Made by a program: the position numbers and the translations under genes. DNA of 63,178 bases, counting the filler, from Hausera hauseri (Eukaryota), in assembly GCA_046269625.1 (NCBI GenBank). It is 12 parts of 12 records of this genome, joined end to end, with 100 filler letters (N's around TTAATTAATTAA, not from the genome) between each part and the next. Parts side by side here need not be neighbours in the genome. Positions count along the whole stretch, not along the records: positions 33,307 to 40,224 come from JBJURY010051552.1; positions 40,325 to 45,791 come from JBJURY010247960.1; positions 45,892 to 51,975 come from JBJURY010143314.1; 9 more parts are not named here. The stretch is one strand, 5' to 3'. This document shows, in pieces, positions 36,881-50,574 of this stretch (its first letter is position 1; each line of letters starts with the position of its first letter). Under the pieces are notes generated by a model. That model saw only the letters and a program-made list of their open reading frames with translations. It did no database searches and was not told where the DNA came from.

Positions 36881-38354
36881 GGCTGTGTCCAAAATGGGTC
36901 TTCTCAGTCTAGGTGGGCCGGGTCCTTATTAGACTGTGAAGACCAGAAAAATTTGTCTGTGAATTTGGACAGTATAGACTCCCATCTTTACCCCGGCATA
37001 CATCATGTTGCCTAGCAAAGGTTAAAACGGTAAACAGAAGAAAAATTAGATCAAAAGTAGAAAAATATCAATATATTAGCGTTATTAATATCAAAAAACA
37101 ATAAAATTTACTTCCAGAGAGAGTCTAATCCTTTCCCCTGGCCCGCACGTCTCGGCATTACTCACCTAGATAGACCTGAAGACAGTTCTCCCTGAGCTTA
37201 ATGTTAATCCCAGCCCCTGGGTTATCTTACCAGCTGCTTGTCCTCCACTGTCAGTTCGCCAAACAGCAGCTGTCCGCCGCTAGCTCTCTGGTTAGCACAC
37301 TGGCTAGCTGCTCCTTTTCGGGCCTCTTCTCTCCACCGCCAGCTCCACAAGCGCGCCACGGGCCACCCCCTCACGCCGATGTTGGCCTCTCCTTTCCGCA
37401 GACCTCACCACCACGCCGCGAGCCTCTCGACGTCGGCGTCTCCTTTCCTCCTCGAGCTCCACAACCACAGCGCAGGCTTCTCCTACTACTGCTGTTGGCC
37501 TCTCCTTTCCACTTAACTAGCCGCCTCTCCTACACTGTCAGCTCGCCAAACAGCTGCTGTCCGTCGCTAGCTCTCTGGTTAGCACACTGGCTAGTTGCTG
37601 CTTTTCGGGCCTCTTCTGTCCACCGCCAGCTGGAGCCGATGATGATGAGGATGTTGATCAGCAGGAATCCCTGAGAAGCTCCTCACAAATCTCTGCAGAA
37701 TGCGCGCGGATTTTCAGTCCGTGCCGATTGGACCGCAAATCCAGACCAAAGCTACTAATTCTGATTTCCTCCAAAATGTTTTGATTTAATTTAAAGTTTG
37801 TAGAATAAAAACCTAAACTGATTATAGACCCTGTTTGGACCCGACCCGGTACTGCAGTGAGTTCTGCTGGGTTACGTCTCTCCTCTCAGAACAAAAAACC
37901 CAAAGAGCCGAACAGAATCCTGAAAATGGGTTACAGGTAATATTTGAAGAACAAAAAGACCCACCATAGTTGCAGGTTCATTTAGCTAAATAACTTCATT
38001 TTTTCTGACAAAAATAATATTCAAAAACATGTCTATACAAATAATAAAAATATTAAAAACACAATGGCTTAAAAAATTTTAGTTTTTACACCGCCATATT
38101 TTTTATTTAAAACGTACTCTTTTCTCTTGCTTTGTCCCCCATTACTAGCCAAAAAAAATCTCTGATCAGCCCTCAATGCATTATGGGATATGCTGGGCCG
38201 GGAAGGATCCATCGGATCAGTCCTTCAATCCAGGCTAAAGGAAGGACACATTTGTCGGCTGCATCGGAGGAATCTTCGGTTTTGGGCAGCCTCAGTCGCA
38301 GCATTGTGACGTAAGCGGCCGACAAATTCGGCCTTCGCCGTTTTGGACACAGCC
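36881..38354. mobile_element. Non-autonomous DNA transposon (PIF/Harbinger-like) inserted into a LINE RT
   Basis: 14-bp TIR GGCTGTGTCCAAAA ... TTTTGGACACAGCC flanked by TTT; internal ~97-bp duplication (37248 and 37535). Confidence 0.75.
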
Positions 38355-40110
38355 TTTGACTCTGTTGATCACAGCATCCTTTTACAATGACTGTCCGGTA
38401 TTAGTCTGTCCACCTCCACCTGCAATTTGTTTGCCAATTACCTCACTGATCGTGTCCAACAATTGAAGGCTGAGGACATCATGGCAGATCCACAAATCAT
38501 CACTACAGGTGTGCCTCAAGGCTCCATTTAAGCCCCAATGCTTTTTGACTATTTACATTAATGAAATAGCCAAGGCTGCTGGCACCTCCCAGTTTCACCA
38601 ATATGCAGATGACACCATTTTGTAACTGGTTGGCCTTTCTTCCCAATCTGTGGTTTCCAGTCTTCAACTCAGCCTCTTCTACAATCTTTAACTCCGTTTG
38701 GATACCATTAAGACCAATTGCATCTTATTCAACTGAAAACCTATTGCCTCACCTCCATCCAACAGCCCTTGCATGAACAGCATGGCTCTGGAATTTGTCA
38801 AAACTTATAAATACATGGACATCTGGTTGGATTCAACCTTTTCATTCACCATACACATCAATAACCTTCAAGCAAAAGTTAAAGCCAGACTGCCATTTTT
38901 ATTCTGCAGTAAATCTTCTTTCTACCAAAATCATGCACCACCACATTATGGGTGTCGGGTCTGAGCATTCCTAGATGATCAGTTTCCTGGAAGTTTGATT
39001 GGTCATCATAGGCCAGTTGAATGGGCACTGAGGTCTCTCGATCTGACCCCCTTAGACTTGTATCTTTGGGGTCATCTAAAGGTAATCGTCAATCCTGTGA
39101 AAATACGAGATGTGCAGCACCTGAAACAACAGATACTGAAGCCCTGTGCTAGAATTTCTTCTGCAATGTTGCTATCAGTGTGTGAAGAGTGGGATAAGGT
39201 GGTTGCATAGACAATCCAACACAATGAGAAGCACTTTGAACACATTTTGTAAGGGATCAGAAACTTTGAAATAATTTATGAAAGTGCAAAAATGCATTCT
39301 TCATGTTACAACTAAGCATACCATTGTTTTTCTTGCATAATATTCTATAAGTTTGATGTGTCACATGACTCTGTTCCCATTGAAAAGACTAGAATTGGAT
39401 CCAAAATTGCTGATCAAAAATGGCCACAATAGTCACTCTTGAAAAGTATTCCACTCCCTAATGTGCCACTAATAGGAAGATAAAATCACCAACCATTCTC
39501 ATATAATTTGTGTTTGTCCATCCTGTGGAATAGCACCAAATACAGCCCTTAAAAAACTTGACACAGTTTATAATTCAGCTATCCATTTTGCCACTATTGC
39601 ACCCTTTCACATTCATCACTGTGATCTTTATAAACTGGTGGGCTGGCCCTCTCTTCACACCCGGTGCTCCATCATTGGTTTCTCTTCATATACAAGAAGA
39701 TGGGTGTCTGGACAAGACACCTCTCTATTTGTCTTCCTTTCACTCATCAAACAATATCAAGTAACAGCATCAAGTTTAACACTCTCCCAACATCTACCAC
39801 TTTTGGACGTAATGCTTTTCACTTTGCAGCAGCACATGACTGGAACACACTTCAGAATACCCTTAAACTTATATCTCTGATCCCAATCTCCACATTTAAG
39901 CAGAACATCTAAAACACTATTGCTGATGCCTGTTTCTGTTGACAATCCTGAAAACACACATTTAAGCACCTGTATATATGTAAATGTTTGTTTGTTGTAA
40001 ATGTTTTTATTTATTCATGCAGCCTCTTGACCAGGTCATGTTTATAAATGAGAAGTGGTTCTCAAACGGTTTACCTGGATAAATAAAGGTTAAATAAAAA
40101 ATAAATAAAA
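38355..40110 (+). mobile_element. Decayed L2-type LINE (RT to 3' tail), interrupted by a Tc1/mariner fragment
   Basis: (LSKAF)DSVDHSILL..NYLTDR.Q..GVPQGS..IYINEI..YADDTIL; HHCDLYKLVGWPSL; teleost L2-like tail cctggataaataaaggttaaataaaa. Confidence 0.8.
38930..39545 (+). mobile_element. Tc1/mariner transposase 3' fragment
   Basis: HAPPHYG..FLDDQFPG..IG..PVEWALRSLDLTPLDLYLWGHLK (WPPRSPDL-type motif). Confidence 0.8.
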
Positions 40111-41689
40111 GGAGCAGAATAGAAGTAGCAGCGTATATTATCTGCCCCCCATTTTACAGTTAAACAGAAATCATTTATATATTTTTATAAAAAAAATGCA
40201 GGCATCCTACACATTTTTAATCATNNNNNNNNNNNNNNNNNNNNNNNNNNNNNNNNNNNNNNNNNNNNTTAATTAATTAANNNNNNNNNNNNNNNNNNNN
40301 NNNNNNNNNNNNNNNNNNNNNNNNACTAAATCTCTCAATCTTGTCGAAGAACAATCTCCTGTCTGAAAATTTCTCGAAAATTTCTATTAAAGTATTTTCT
40401 AAAATTTAGTCATAAAGAATTAGATTTATTAGATAATGACAAAGTGAATGTTCCGACTGAAATATACCTATTCGATTCTATTGTTAGATGGACGGAATAT
40501 GAATCTACTTATCCTAAACAATTCTTGGTTCCTCTATTAAACTGTGTAAGGTTAGCTACGTTGTCATTGGAATTTTAATGGAATTTTTATTGTCCGACGA
40601 TTGCCGCCACAGATGAAATTGATGTTGATACTTGTTGGACAAATATACAAGAAGCACAGCAAAGTTAAAGGTATCGTTAATTACATATTTTTATTATTCC
40701 TGTTTATCCTGGTCTTTGAGTGCTGATGGGAACTGTGACGAATGTGTGTTTGAATTTCTAATTGGTAAGGTAAAGTTAGATTAATTGTTACAAACCAAGA
40801 TTAAAGGTTGGAAAATTGTGTTTGTCAAACTAAGTCGGCCATAAATTTATGCAAATTTATTACTGATGGAAAATTAACCGGAATTAAGGAAATTTATAAG
40901 TTGAGTTCAGTAAAATTCTTGTTTGTTATTAAGTTGATGAACATAACCTTATATTTTAATAGAGATAATATTTTAACGAATAGCTTTTTTTTTCAATGAG
41001 GACTGATACAATATTAGAATTTTATTGTATAAAGGTTATATAAATTCTCCAGGCGACACCCAAAAACATCCCTTAATTTATTTGAACTACTTCGTTGTTC
41101 TTTTAAACGTGATCGGTCAACTTACAACCACATTTTACATTGGTAAAACGAAACTAAAGCTGACCAATAATTTTTTAACATATCCAAATTTTTTAACTTT
41201 TGATCACAATTTGTGTGTACATAAACAAAGTTATTTACGGTAGGAAAAATATAAATATTTTCAATGTCGGGTAAATCCGGCTATTGTTCTGCAAGATTCC
41301 GACAATGATTACGTCTGTTTTTTGGCATAACATGAAATTTTATGTACAACTGTGACTGGTTTATTGGCTTAATGTCGCATAAACATTTTGATAATTAAAT
41401 TGAACGGTTATGCGACAACAAATTATACAAAATTCAAAACGGATTTGTTAATTGTAGCAATTTTAAAACGAACATTTCGATAGCATTATTTAAGTGTTCG
41501 AATAAAAATTAATCGAACTGATAAATTTCTACTGTACCTGATGTTTTGTTTCTCTAGTTTGTATTTGATTTGTTTTCGCGTTTTTCAATGATTTGCCATA
41601 AATAATCGAAGATATTCGTTTGATTACTTAAATTCTTTTTCTATAACAACCGACATCATCTTGACAGAATGTTTTCTTATTTTTACAAC

Positions 41690-44600
41690 CCCTACGACCG
41701 AGCTGAAGGCACGGGGCGTCTTTGGTGGATACTGCCACGGTTGAGCAGATCGGCTATCACCTCGCCGGGAACTTGGGCACGCCTGCGTCGTATGTACCAC
41801 ATTACGTAGCCCACATATCCGACATCTTCGTCTTACTCATTCTTTTGTTCGAAAATAAACACAAAAACATATTATATACACAAAACAGCAACGATTGCAA
41901 ACTTATCTGGTGTGTTGCAACAATTCCCACTACTTTTCGTCTCAGTCTTGACGGATTTTTTCTTCAGTCGTCCGACACTCACCTTTATTTGATCACCTTT
42001 ACTCACTGTGCACTACCATCTGTTACATGGGTCCTACCCCAAAGACTCACCAAATGACCACCAGAATTTCATTGATGTTTCTACCATAATGGTACCTTTG
42101 AGTCCAGCTCCTTCGAATTCATCAACCATAAACTTGCAGTGTAGATTATTTTGTAGACAAGCAACATTTCAGCCGAACAAGGTTGGAATTCCATGCAGCT
42201 TGGTTGATGTCGAATAACATCATAGATTCATTTCTCAAAGCCAATAGATTGCTCATACTTTTACCATCAAACATTAAATCACAACTTTCGAACTTATCCG
42301 AGATCTTCCAAAAAACAGACCGATACAACGCACTCTTCAACTTCATCTTAAAAATCAGAGTCATCTTAGGATAATGTCATCCACAAGTACTTTAACGACA
42401 ACATAATTGGAAATTTAAAACCTTCCAAGTTTCTTCAAACTGCATTAACTCAGTTAAGCACTTTGGGGGTCAACCAGGCAGACACTTTCTGGAATCTCTT
42501 CCAAGAGACATATGTGCACTCCTAATAATAGTTGAGGACAGAGACACTACAAAATCTGGCACAATTGGCTGATAAAAGCCATGAAATATTACATGCACAA
42601 TCACCGCCATTAGTCGCTGCTACGCTACAAACATCAACGACAACATATTAATAAAATAATAAACTTAAACAACCAAATAAATTCATTGCATACTGAAAAT
42701 GCCAATATACAATAGGCAATTTCAATATTCAGGTCGAACATAGAAACTCTAACCATTCCGAGGCGGAGTCGTTACGATGTAGACCATAGCCGCACTTTAT
42801 CTCAAAATTCGAGACATACGAAGTCACCTACACGACAAATGCGACAAATGCCACTAGGTGCTGCTTAGGTTGCAGATTTTATGCGCCTAATTTCAGATGA
42901 TCCGATATTGTCTGCGTATACCATAACAAGTTTAACTCCAAAGCACGTAACTGCGTCACAGGTTGCACCTCCGTTAGCCAACACAATCCATCACAACCTA
43001 GTTCTTCCTATAACTTAAATCCCTTGCCTCCAAAAACTTATAAAACCACCAGCCGTTTCGGCACATGTTGGCACAGGCAAATGCCTATGCCGTTTTCACA
43101 TTGAAAGCCTCTTCAACATGCAAACCTAATCAATCTATCAACTTTCTTATTGATTCAGAGGCTGCTGTTTCTTTGTTGCCACCATCCGTCAAAACATCAG
43201 CCATTTCACCATCTAGCACAAAGTTATATACAGCTAATGGCCAAGCATTACGTGCGTTTGGCACGTCCAAGATCTCATTCACGTTACAACAATTTTCTGA
43301 CATTTTCAAATGGACTGTCATCGTCGCCGACACACAATCTCCAATACTCTGCTCTGATATTCAATGTTTCTACAACTTGTAGATTGTAGACAACGACGGA
43401 TTGTCAAAAACAATCAAATAAATACGGCGTGTAAAGATAATTCCACGCCTGTCGCGTTGAATAACGTTGACAAAGATGATAAAGATAGTTCTATATCCAC
43501 CGTATCTTGTCCTACAATCGATCACCGAAAAGCCGTATCCGTCACATCATTTACCCCCTTAGACCACGAAATTCAACAATACGTAACTAAATCCTGCTTT
43601 CACACGATTAAAAAGTACCTAACTTCTGTCCACCTAATTCAACATTCCACCACATCATCACCGAGAATCATCAGCCCATCAGGCAAAAACTAAGGCCGCT
43701 TTCACCACGCCGTCGACAAGCGGTCCAAGCCGAATTTTCCTTACTTGAACGGGAATTATTCGCCGATCCAAACCACCGTGGGCATCCCTACTTTACGTGG
43801 TATAAAAAAGGATAGCACCTTTCTTCCATGCGGTGATTTACTCCAGCTTAATAATAACACCACCATGGACGCCTATCCATTGCCTTTGATTAAAGATATA
43901 CTACACTATGCATAAAACCACAATTTACTCAATTATTGATCTTGAAAAGGCCTACCACCAAATAACGGTAGCACCAGAAGATGTACCGAAAACGGCCATA
44001 ACACTTCGGCCTTTATGAATACACTTTCATGCCGTTTGGCTTAAAAAACGCCGCTAATACCTTCCAGCGGCATACCGATACCATCCTTTCGGGTCTGCCT
44101 TTCGCCTATCCGTATATTGACGACATACTAATCGCGTCATCTTCACCTAAGCAATATGCCGAACACCTTAAACTAGTTTTTCAACGGCTTCAAAGCCATA
44201 ATCTGCAAGTTAACTTTACCGAATGAACATTCTTCCAGAAAAAAGTTAATTTTCTAGGACACATCATCACGCTTGACTGTCACAGTCCACAGCCTGATAG
44301 AATTCACCAATTAAGAAACATCGAGCTACCAAAAACTACTACTCATATGCGTAGTTTTTTCGGGACTTAACACTTAGTGCGTAAGTACGTCCCGCACTGT
44401 AGCCAATTAACTGCTCAACTAGGAGGGCCAAAGAAAAAACTTATATTGGACGCCAGAACTTGTAAACTAGTTTGACGAACTCCGCGATAATCTTAAAACC
44501 GTTGAAATCTTAGCTTATCCAAAACCTTATGTCGACCTCATATTGACAACCGACGCATCAACCACAGCTGTAGGAGCAGTTCTTCGCCAAATATCTCAAG

Positions 44601-45791
44601 GAATAAATGAGCCCTTAGAATTCTTTTCATGCAAGCTTCAACCATAAGAATGCCCTTATTTCACCTTCGATAGAGAACTCCTGGCCATCGTCTTAGACCT
44701 TAAACATTTTTTACACTTATCGCTCGTTCCTTCACTATTCAAACGCACCGCAAACCTCTCGTTCACGTAATGAATATGAAACAACCATCACTTCGACAAG
44801 AATGCCATAACTCGTACATGTCAACATTCAACTTTAAAACTTGTCATATTTCTGGCACAGATAATTTAATAGCCGATTTCATATCACGGTCAATTGGAGC
44901 AATTAGCGTCACACCAATTTTTTCAAAGGATTAGTTAATCCATAATCAACTTTCCAATGAAATTCTGAAACAATACAAATCCGTCCAAATCATGTATGGA
45001 GTAGCCATGGACAATTCGACACTTTGCAACATTTGCCAATTTTGGAACATTCCATTCAACAGCATTTAACCATATTCATTCATTGCACCACCCAGATTCT
45101 AAAGCTTCATTCCTCGTCCCCAAACGTCATGTAACATGGCCATCGATGAGGTCTAACGTACAGAGCTGGGTTAGGCAATGCGTAGCTTGCCAAAAGTTTA
45201 AGGTAGCTAAGCATCTTAAGCCACCATTATTCCATTTCCCATATACATTCCGATTTAAATCAGTCAACTTAGATATTGTTGGCCGATTACCTTCAGATAA
45301 TGGCCACCAATTTCGTATTAACAATGATGGACCGTGCATCTCTGGCCCGAAGCTGTCACTTTGCGCTCCATCAATATAGATTCCATAGCCCATGCTTTCA
45401 TAAGGATTTGGATTAGCGGCTCGGTTCACCACGTTACATAATTACAGACCAAGCTCTCAATTTGAATCGAACCTATTCAAGTCTTTAATCAATCGATTTG
45501 ACATAAATCACATACACACTATTCCATATCACCCCCAGTCGAACGGCTTATTAGAACGTTTTTCGCGCACTCTTAAAATCTCTAAAAATCCTTGCCGAAA
45601 CACATACGAACTAGACTACATTCCTTCCGTTCGTATTACTTGGATGGCACAACACCGTCTACTACCACCGGTTGCGCACGCGCAGAAGCACTTTTCGGCA
45701 CAACAATTCGTGCACCCTTTAATCCTGCCACTACATCGGCATTTAGCTGACTCAAGACCTCTCTGTCTTGAATCAGATCTTCTAATTCATC
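41690..45791 (+). mobile_element. Decayed Ty3/Gypsy LTR retrotransposon (gag, PR, RT, RNase H, integrase)
   Basis: IIDSFLKANRLLILLP; CVYHNKFNSKARNC; FLIDSEAAVSLLP; PWASLL..DAYPLP..IDLEKAYHQI; MPFGLKNAANTFQR..YIDDILIAS; LTTDASTTAVGAVL; TFDRELLAI; WPSM..WVRQCVACQKFK; LDIVGRLP; YHPQSNGLLERF. Confidence 0.93.
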
Positions 45792-46169
45792 NNNNNNNNN
45801 NNNNNNNNNNNNNNNNNNNNNNNNNNNNNNNNNNNTTAATTAATTAANNNNNNNNNNNNNNNNNNNNNNNNNNNNNNNNNNNNNNNNNNNNTAAGGGCTT
45901 TGGGAAGGTTATGGAAAATTGGGGGCTGAGTTTCATGGGATCAAGGACGAGAATTGGGATGACATCAAAGGAGGAACAAAATAAAAGAAGGTCTATAATT
46001 AATAGTTCCGTGTATATTAGAACACGGGGGATCAGGGATAGTGTTCAGGGTGATAAAATTAATGTCATAACGGATGCTTTAAATAAAGCACGTCATAACT
46101 ATCCAACATCAGGGAATATTTCGACTTGTCGTCTAAGATGTTGGTCTGACGGCGTCATCATGCATGTTG

Positions 46170-46290
46170 ACGATAAAAATTATTCCGTATTGATTTGCGG
46201 CAATGCCGATGCATCTCTCGTTATGCCAGCATTCATTGTCTACAAAGCGGAAAATCTTCATGCGTCATGGTGTCAGGATGTAACACTGGC
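46170..46290 (+). mobile_element. Short pogo-like DDE transposase fragment
   Basis: NYSVLICGNADASLVMPAFIVYKAENLHASW resembles the DDE_1 TVM.CGNAAG..LPP..VYK..L...W motif. Confidence 0.5.
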
Positions 46291-46299
46291 ACTCAATAT

Positions 46300-48640
46300 T
46301 TCATCAGTCGAATGGATTTGTTACATGATACATGGTGTCAGAAAATATACCGGTTTATTTCGTGCCGCAGGGCCAAGGATTTCTTCACAAAGGTAACAGT
46401 TTTTCCATTGCGAATTATAAACATTCTGATCTGTACGTCAGACGGTCTTTACAAAACTATTGCTTTATAATTGCATGTACAATGAGTAAAACTACAAAAG
46501 ACGACGGTAATCTTTTTCCCATTGCCGTTTTAATCGATGAGTTAAAAAACGATCATATTCAAACGCCATTAATAAGTATTAAAAAGCTTCCTACTGTTGC
46601 GTTGGCCCTTGAAATGGAAATGCAAAAGAGAGTACGATTGAGGCAGACCGAGAATTGACTGGATCTATTGAGTCATTCAGTAATAAGTCGATATCTAAAC
46701 TGTTAAGTGAAAAAAAAGAACGACAAATGTTGTATTCGTTCCGATCTAATAGAGCTCCGGTTGAATCATTCAGTTTTGGCGCAACATCCGGATATACCGG
46801 AAACATTGACGCAAATGTCTTTTGAAGTTATTGAACATGATGTAAAGACTTGGCTGGTCTGTCAGTCGCAATCATCTGAATGTTAAGAGTATAAGTCATT
46901 TGTAAGACCCATTACCGATTATCAAATATCAGTGTTATTGTTGTCATTCATAAAGGAAACATTCCGATCAAACAACGCGAAAATGCTACCAAATATCCCG
47001 GCGCACATGTTCCCGTCTATTCTGCGTGGGTTTAACGTAGCCACAGTGGCACCATCGAGAAAATGTGAAACAATCGCTTACCTTGTTCCCATTATACAAC
47101 GAATCACGAACGATCCGCCAACTCCGTCTCGGAAATTCAACCCGTTAGCCGCAATCATATGCTCATTATGGAAAAAGTCCGTGAAACTCAAGATACCGCA
47201 AATTGTTTCTGTGAAAATATCCAAGAAAGTCGCGATATGAGAAAACCGAAAATCGTGTTGGTCTATGCCGAATGCGACGAGAAAGTCAACATGGAAATAC
47301 TCAAAATTTGCGACATTCTCATCATAACACCGCGACAGCTCCAACGAATGTTGAAAACTCACGATTTTTTCAAATTGAATGAGATGAAAATGATCGTTCT
47401 TGACGATGCCGAAAAGTTAATTACTGAACATGTAGAATCGCCCCTAGAAATCATTTTGTTCAAGCGTATAGGTGCCATCGATCGTGGATTGGAGCCTCAG
47501 AAAATTGTTACCGCCACGAAATGGACGTCCGATTTGGAGTCATTTGTGAAGCATGAAATGGACGACGATTTTGCCATTATAATCAACAATCTGGAGGAAA
47601 TTGTTGCGATTCATCGACTGAATCAGATCATTGTCGGCGGTTGCACTACGAAAGTCGACACGTACCAAAAACTAATTCGATATCTCTATCTGACTGAGGC
47701 TAATATAAAAAGGACGATAATATATGCCAATGATGACAAAGACATTATGAACATACAGAAATATTTCAGTCATAAAGTATCGTACGAGTTGCAGTTAATG
47801 CTCGGTGCTCATAGCACCCCTGAATTGCGTGTTGTTGAGAAGGAGTGGAATCAATATCAGGGATGCGTTAAACTGCCCGTTCTTTTAATGTCGGTTGAGG
47901 CTTTTGGACAAACTGCGATATCGATATATAATGAACATACATTGCTTCACGTCGATGTTACCGAAGAAACATTCGGTCAACGATTAAATTTTCTGAGACA
48001 AATTTTCTGAATTCCCATTCTTACCAGCATCTAAATCCAAAACTAAAGAGACATCTCTGTCATTCCTACATCTTTCTGAATCCGATTGAATTCAGTCCAA
48101 AGAATGCTTATTATTTACGCTCGGTTCTAAGTAGATGTGACTGTGAGAGACCAGATTGGTTTCATGACAAAGCAGTCGACTTTCTACTCGCAAAGGAAAA
48201 GTCAAACGGTGTAGATAAAAATATTTGCGAATAGAAGCGTATGGAGAATGCATTCTACCATCATGTCCTCGATGTCATACTCTTCAACTGGAAGTTGATG
48301 AACCTGCCCTTCCGAATAAGGGGTACATCAAATTTCGGATTTTATACTGTGACAATCCGAGTCATTTCCACATCCGTCTTCTTAATCATTCTGCAGAGGG
48401 CTCTAGTGAGACATTTAAATGCCATTATATGCAGGTCGAGTTAAAAAGAAACAGTTATTTCAGCCATTGTCATAATGTCCATGGTGTTAATGCCAAATTT
48501 ATTCAACCCGGACTTATATCTGCATAGCTATCCAAAGACAGTTTTGAACGTGTTAAAGTCCTCCAAAAGGCATCGAAAAATGTGGGACATATTCGCGTGA
48601 AATTAATCGATTATGGCTTGGAAATTGAAATCGAACAAGA
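46300..48640 (+). pseudogene. TDRD12: TDRD12-like protein (degenerate DEAD-box-like helicase, Cys/His motif, Tudor); disrupted and truncated
   Basis: AHMFPSILRGFNV..AYLVPI..PLAAIICSLW..CDILIITP..IVLDDAEKL..QKIVTATKW; AYGECILPSCPRCH..LPNKGYIKF.ILYCDNPSHF.IRL; Tudor FERVKVL..IRVKLIDYG. Confidence 0.7.
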
Positions 48641-49060
48641 CAGTCAAAATCTCATTCCTGCAATCATTGAATTAGCCCATGAATCAAAGTGGCGTGTCCG
48701 ATTAGCATTAATGCAAAATATTCCTCTATTAGCTGCTTTGTTAGGCCCCCAGGTTTTTTTCTGTAGATAAATTAACGACGTTATGTCTAAGTTGGCCTGC
48801 CGACCCAGTATACGCTGTTGGAGAGGCTGCCACCAATAACAGGAGAATTTTAGTTGATAAATTTGGTACTAACTGTTGTCAGAGGTATGTTTTAACAAAG
48901 ATCGTCGATATGTCACGCAGTCATAATTACCTGCATAGGATGATTTGTCTCTACAGTATACAAAATCTGTCTGAAGTTTTAACGCAAGAAATGATTCAGA
49001 AACACTTTCTTCCAATTTTGAACACTGGTCTCTGATAGTGTTCCCAATGCTCGGTTTAAG
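48641..49060 (+). pseudogene. PPP2R1A: PP2A scaffold subunit A, C-terminal HEAT-repeat fragment
   Basis: QNLIPAIIELAHESKWRVRLA..PLLAALLG; LCLSWPADPVYAVGEAATNN..LVDKFG; NYLHRM..SDSVPNARF. Confidence 0.88.
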
Positions 49061-49715
49061 AAGTACATTATCTACCGTGATGGTGTTGGCAATTCTCAGC
49101 CGTATTTCATCAGACTGCAAGCGGGGAACTCGGCTACTCCACAGTTTGCGACCCGCCGCGGCGAGGCCGAAGCCCCGGCCGCCCACCCTATGCCATTGGG
49201 TCAGACGGCACCTTTCGTTGTCGCACCACGTCACGCCCCCGGCCACACGATTTCTCTATTTTCTTTTCTTTTGTTTAAATAATCAACATATTTTCACAAA
49301 CGCAGTAACACACTTAAACACTGCTGCAATCTACAACATCATCTCCACTTTTCTTCGCTCACATGACTTTTACCTCACACACCACGGCTCCACGGTACCT
49401 CTCGTTGGAACCCTGAAATCTTCTTCATCTTATATCTGCCTTCACATACACTTCCGCATCCGTGGGGGCATGCGTTGGACTCTTTCCTTTTTACTTTCTG
49501 TTGTAGAAGGGTTTGATGTTAGTCCATCATGGTTTGTATTCCACAAAGAGAATGTTTTGGAGATATTGATTCTTGGTATGAATCACTTAGAGTGGATTGT
49601 GATGGTTGAGAAGGTTTAAGAGGTATGCTGCTGAGTAGCGCTGATTTATGTAACAAATCCTGATGTACCAAAGTTGATGGGAGATTACGGTTCATACTGT
49701 CAAAAATTTCATCAA

Positions 49716-50345
49716 CTACCCCGATTGATTTATGACTTTCCCTTGGATGAAAAAGGGTTGATGTTTCAGTTCATTTTGTTTGTGCGAAGCAGCAAGACGT
49801 TCGTAAACGGATTGATTAGTTAATTGTTCCAATTCCAATCGAAGAATTCGTAATATTTCACTGTTTTTCTTATGGTGATTTTCGGCTTTATCCTCTGGAC
49901 GGCGTTCGGCCATAAAATACACAAATGGAGACCATGCTTGTTTTGTACTAGATGGAAAATCATTTGGTTCATGTTTGGCAAATTAATGATCATTTTCAGA
50001 CATGTTATCCAGTGATGAAAATGAAATGTTGGATTCATCATCGATAATAGAATTTTGTTCCTGAAAATCAGACTTTGGAGAATGAGGTAATTTAAGTGGT
50101 CGTCGTTTTAGTTTTGCTATATACAATTTGCGAAATTCTTCATCATTTTCTGAAAGAATTTCATACCACTTTCGTTTACTCGGTGGCATATTCTTCCAAT
50201 TTAGAGCACAAAGTGAAGCAAATATTTTTGGATTAATTTTTAATTTTGGATGTTTTCGGTGGCACTCTTCTCGGATAATATCAACAAAATGTTCATAAAC
50301 GGTTCGCTTAATTTTTTCAGTCGCTGTGGACAATGTGAAATTCAT
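49716..50345 (-). pseudogene. Two-box HMGB-like protein, frameshifted
   Basis: Box A-like YEHFVDIIREECHRKHP..FASLCALNWKNMPPSKRKWYE; box B-like YFMAERRP..KAEN..SEILRIL..VYERLA. Confidence 0.7.
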
Positions 50346-50574
50346 GGCGCGTCAATTATTTTACTAATCTATAAAATAAAAACTTGCTTAAAAATGGTAT
50401 GAGTCCTCAAAAATCTGCTAAAAAAAGGAATAAATTTCACTACTTTCAAAATTTACCATTATGTATTTCTGTATTTAAACAAAAAAACCAAATTTTTTAA
50501 CATAACAAGTTCCGCATGCAAATCACCGATTGGGTGAATGTGGGCACCACATATGTATTCATGGATTTTGCTAA

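Noticed and set aside
37201-37674. 157-aa Pro/Ser-rich ORF
   Set aside because: Arises from GC-rich internal duplications in a non-autonomous transposon
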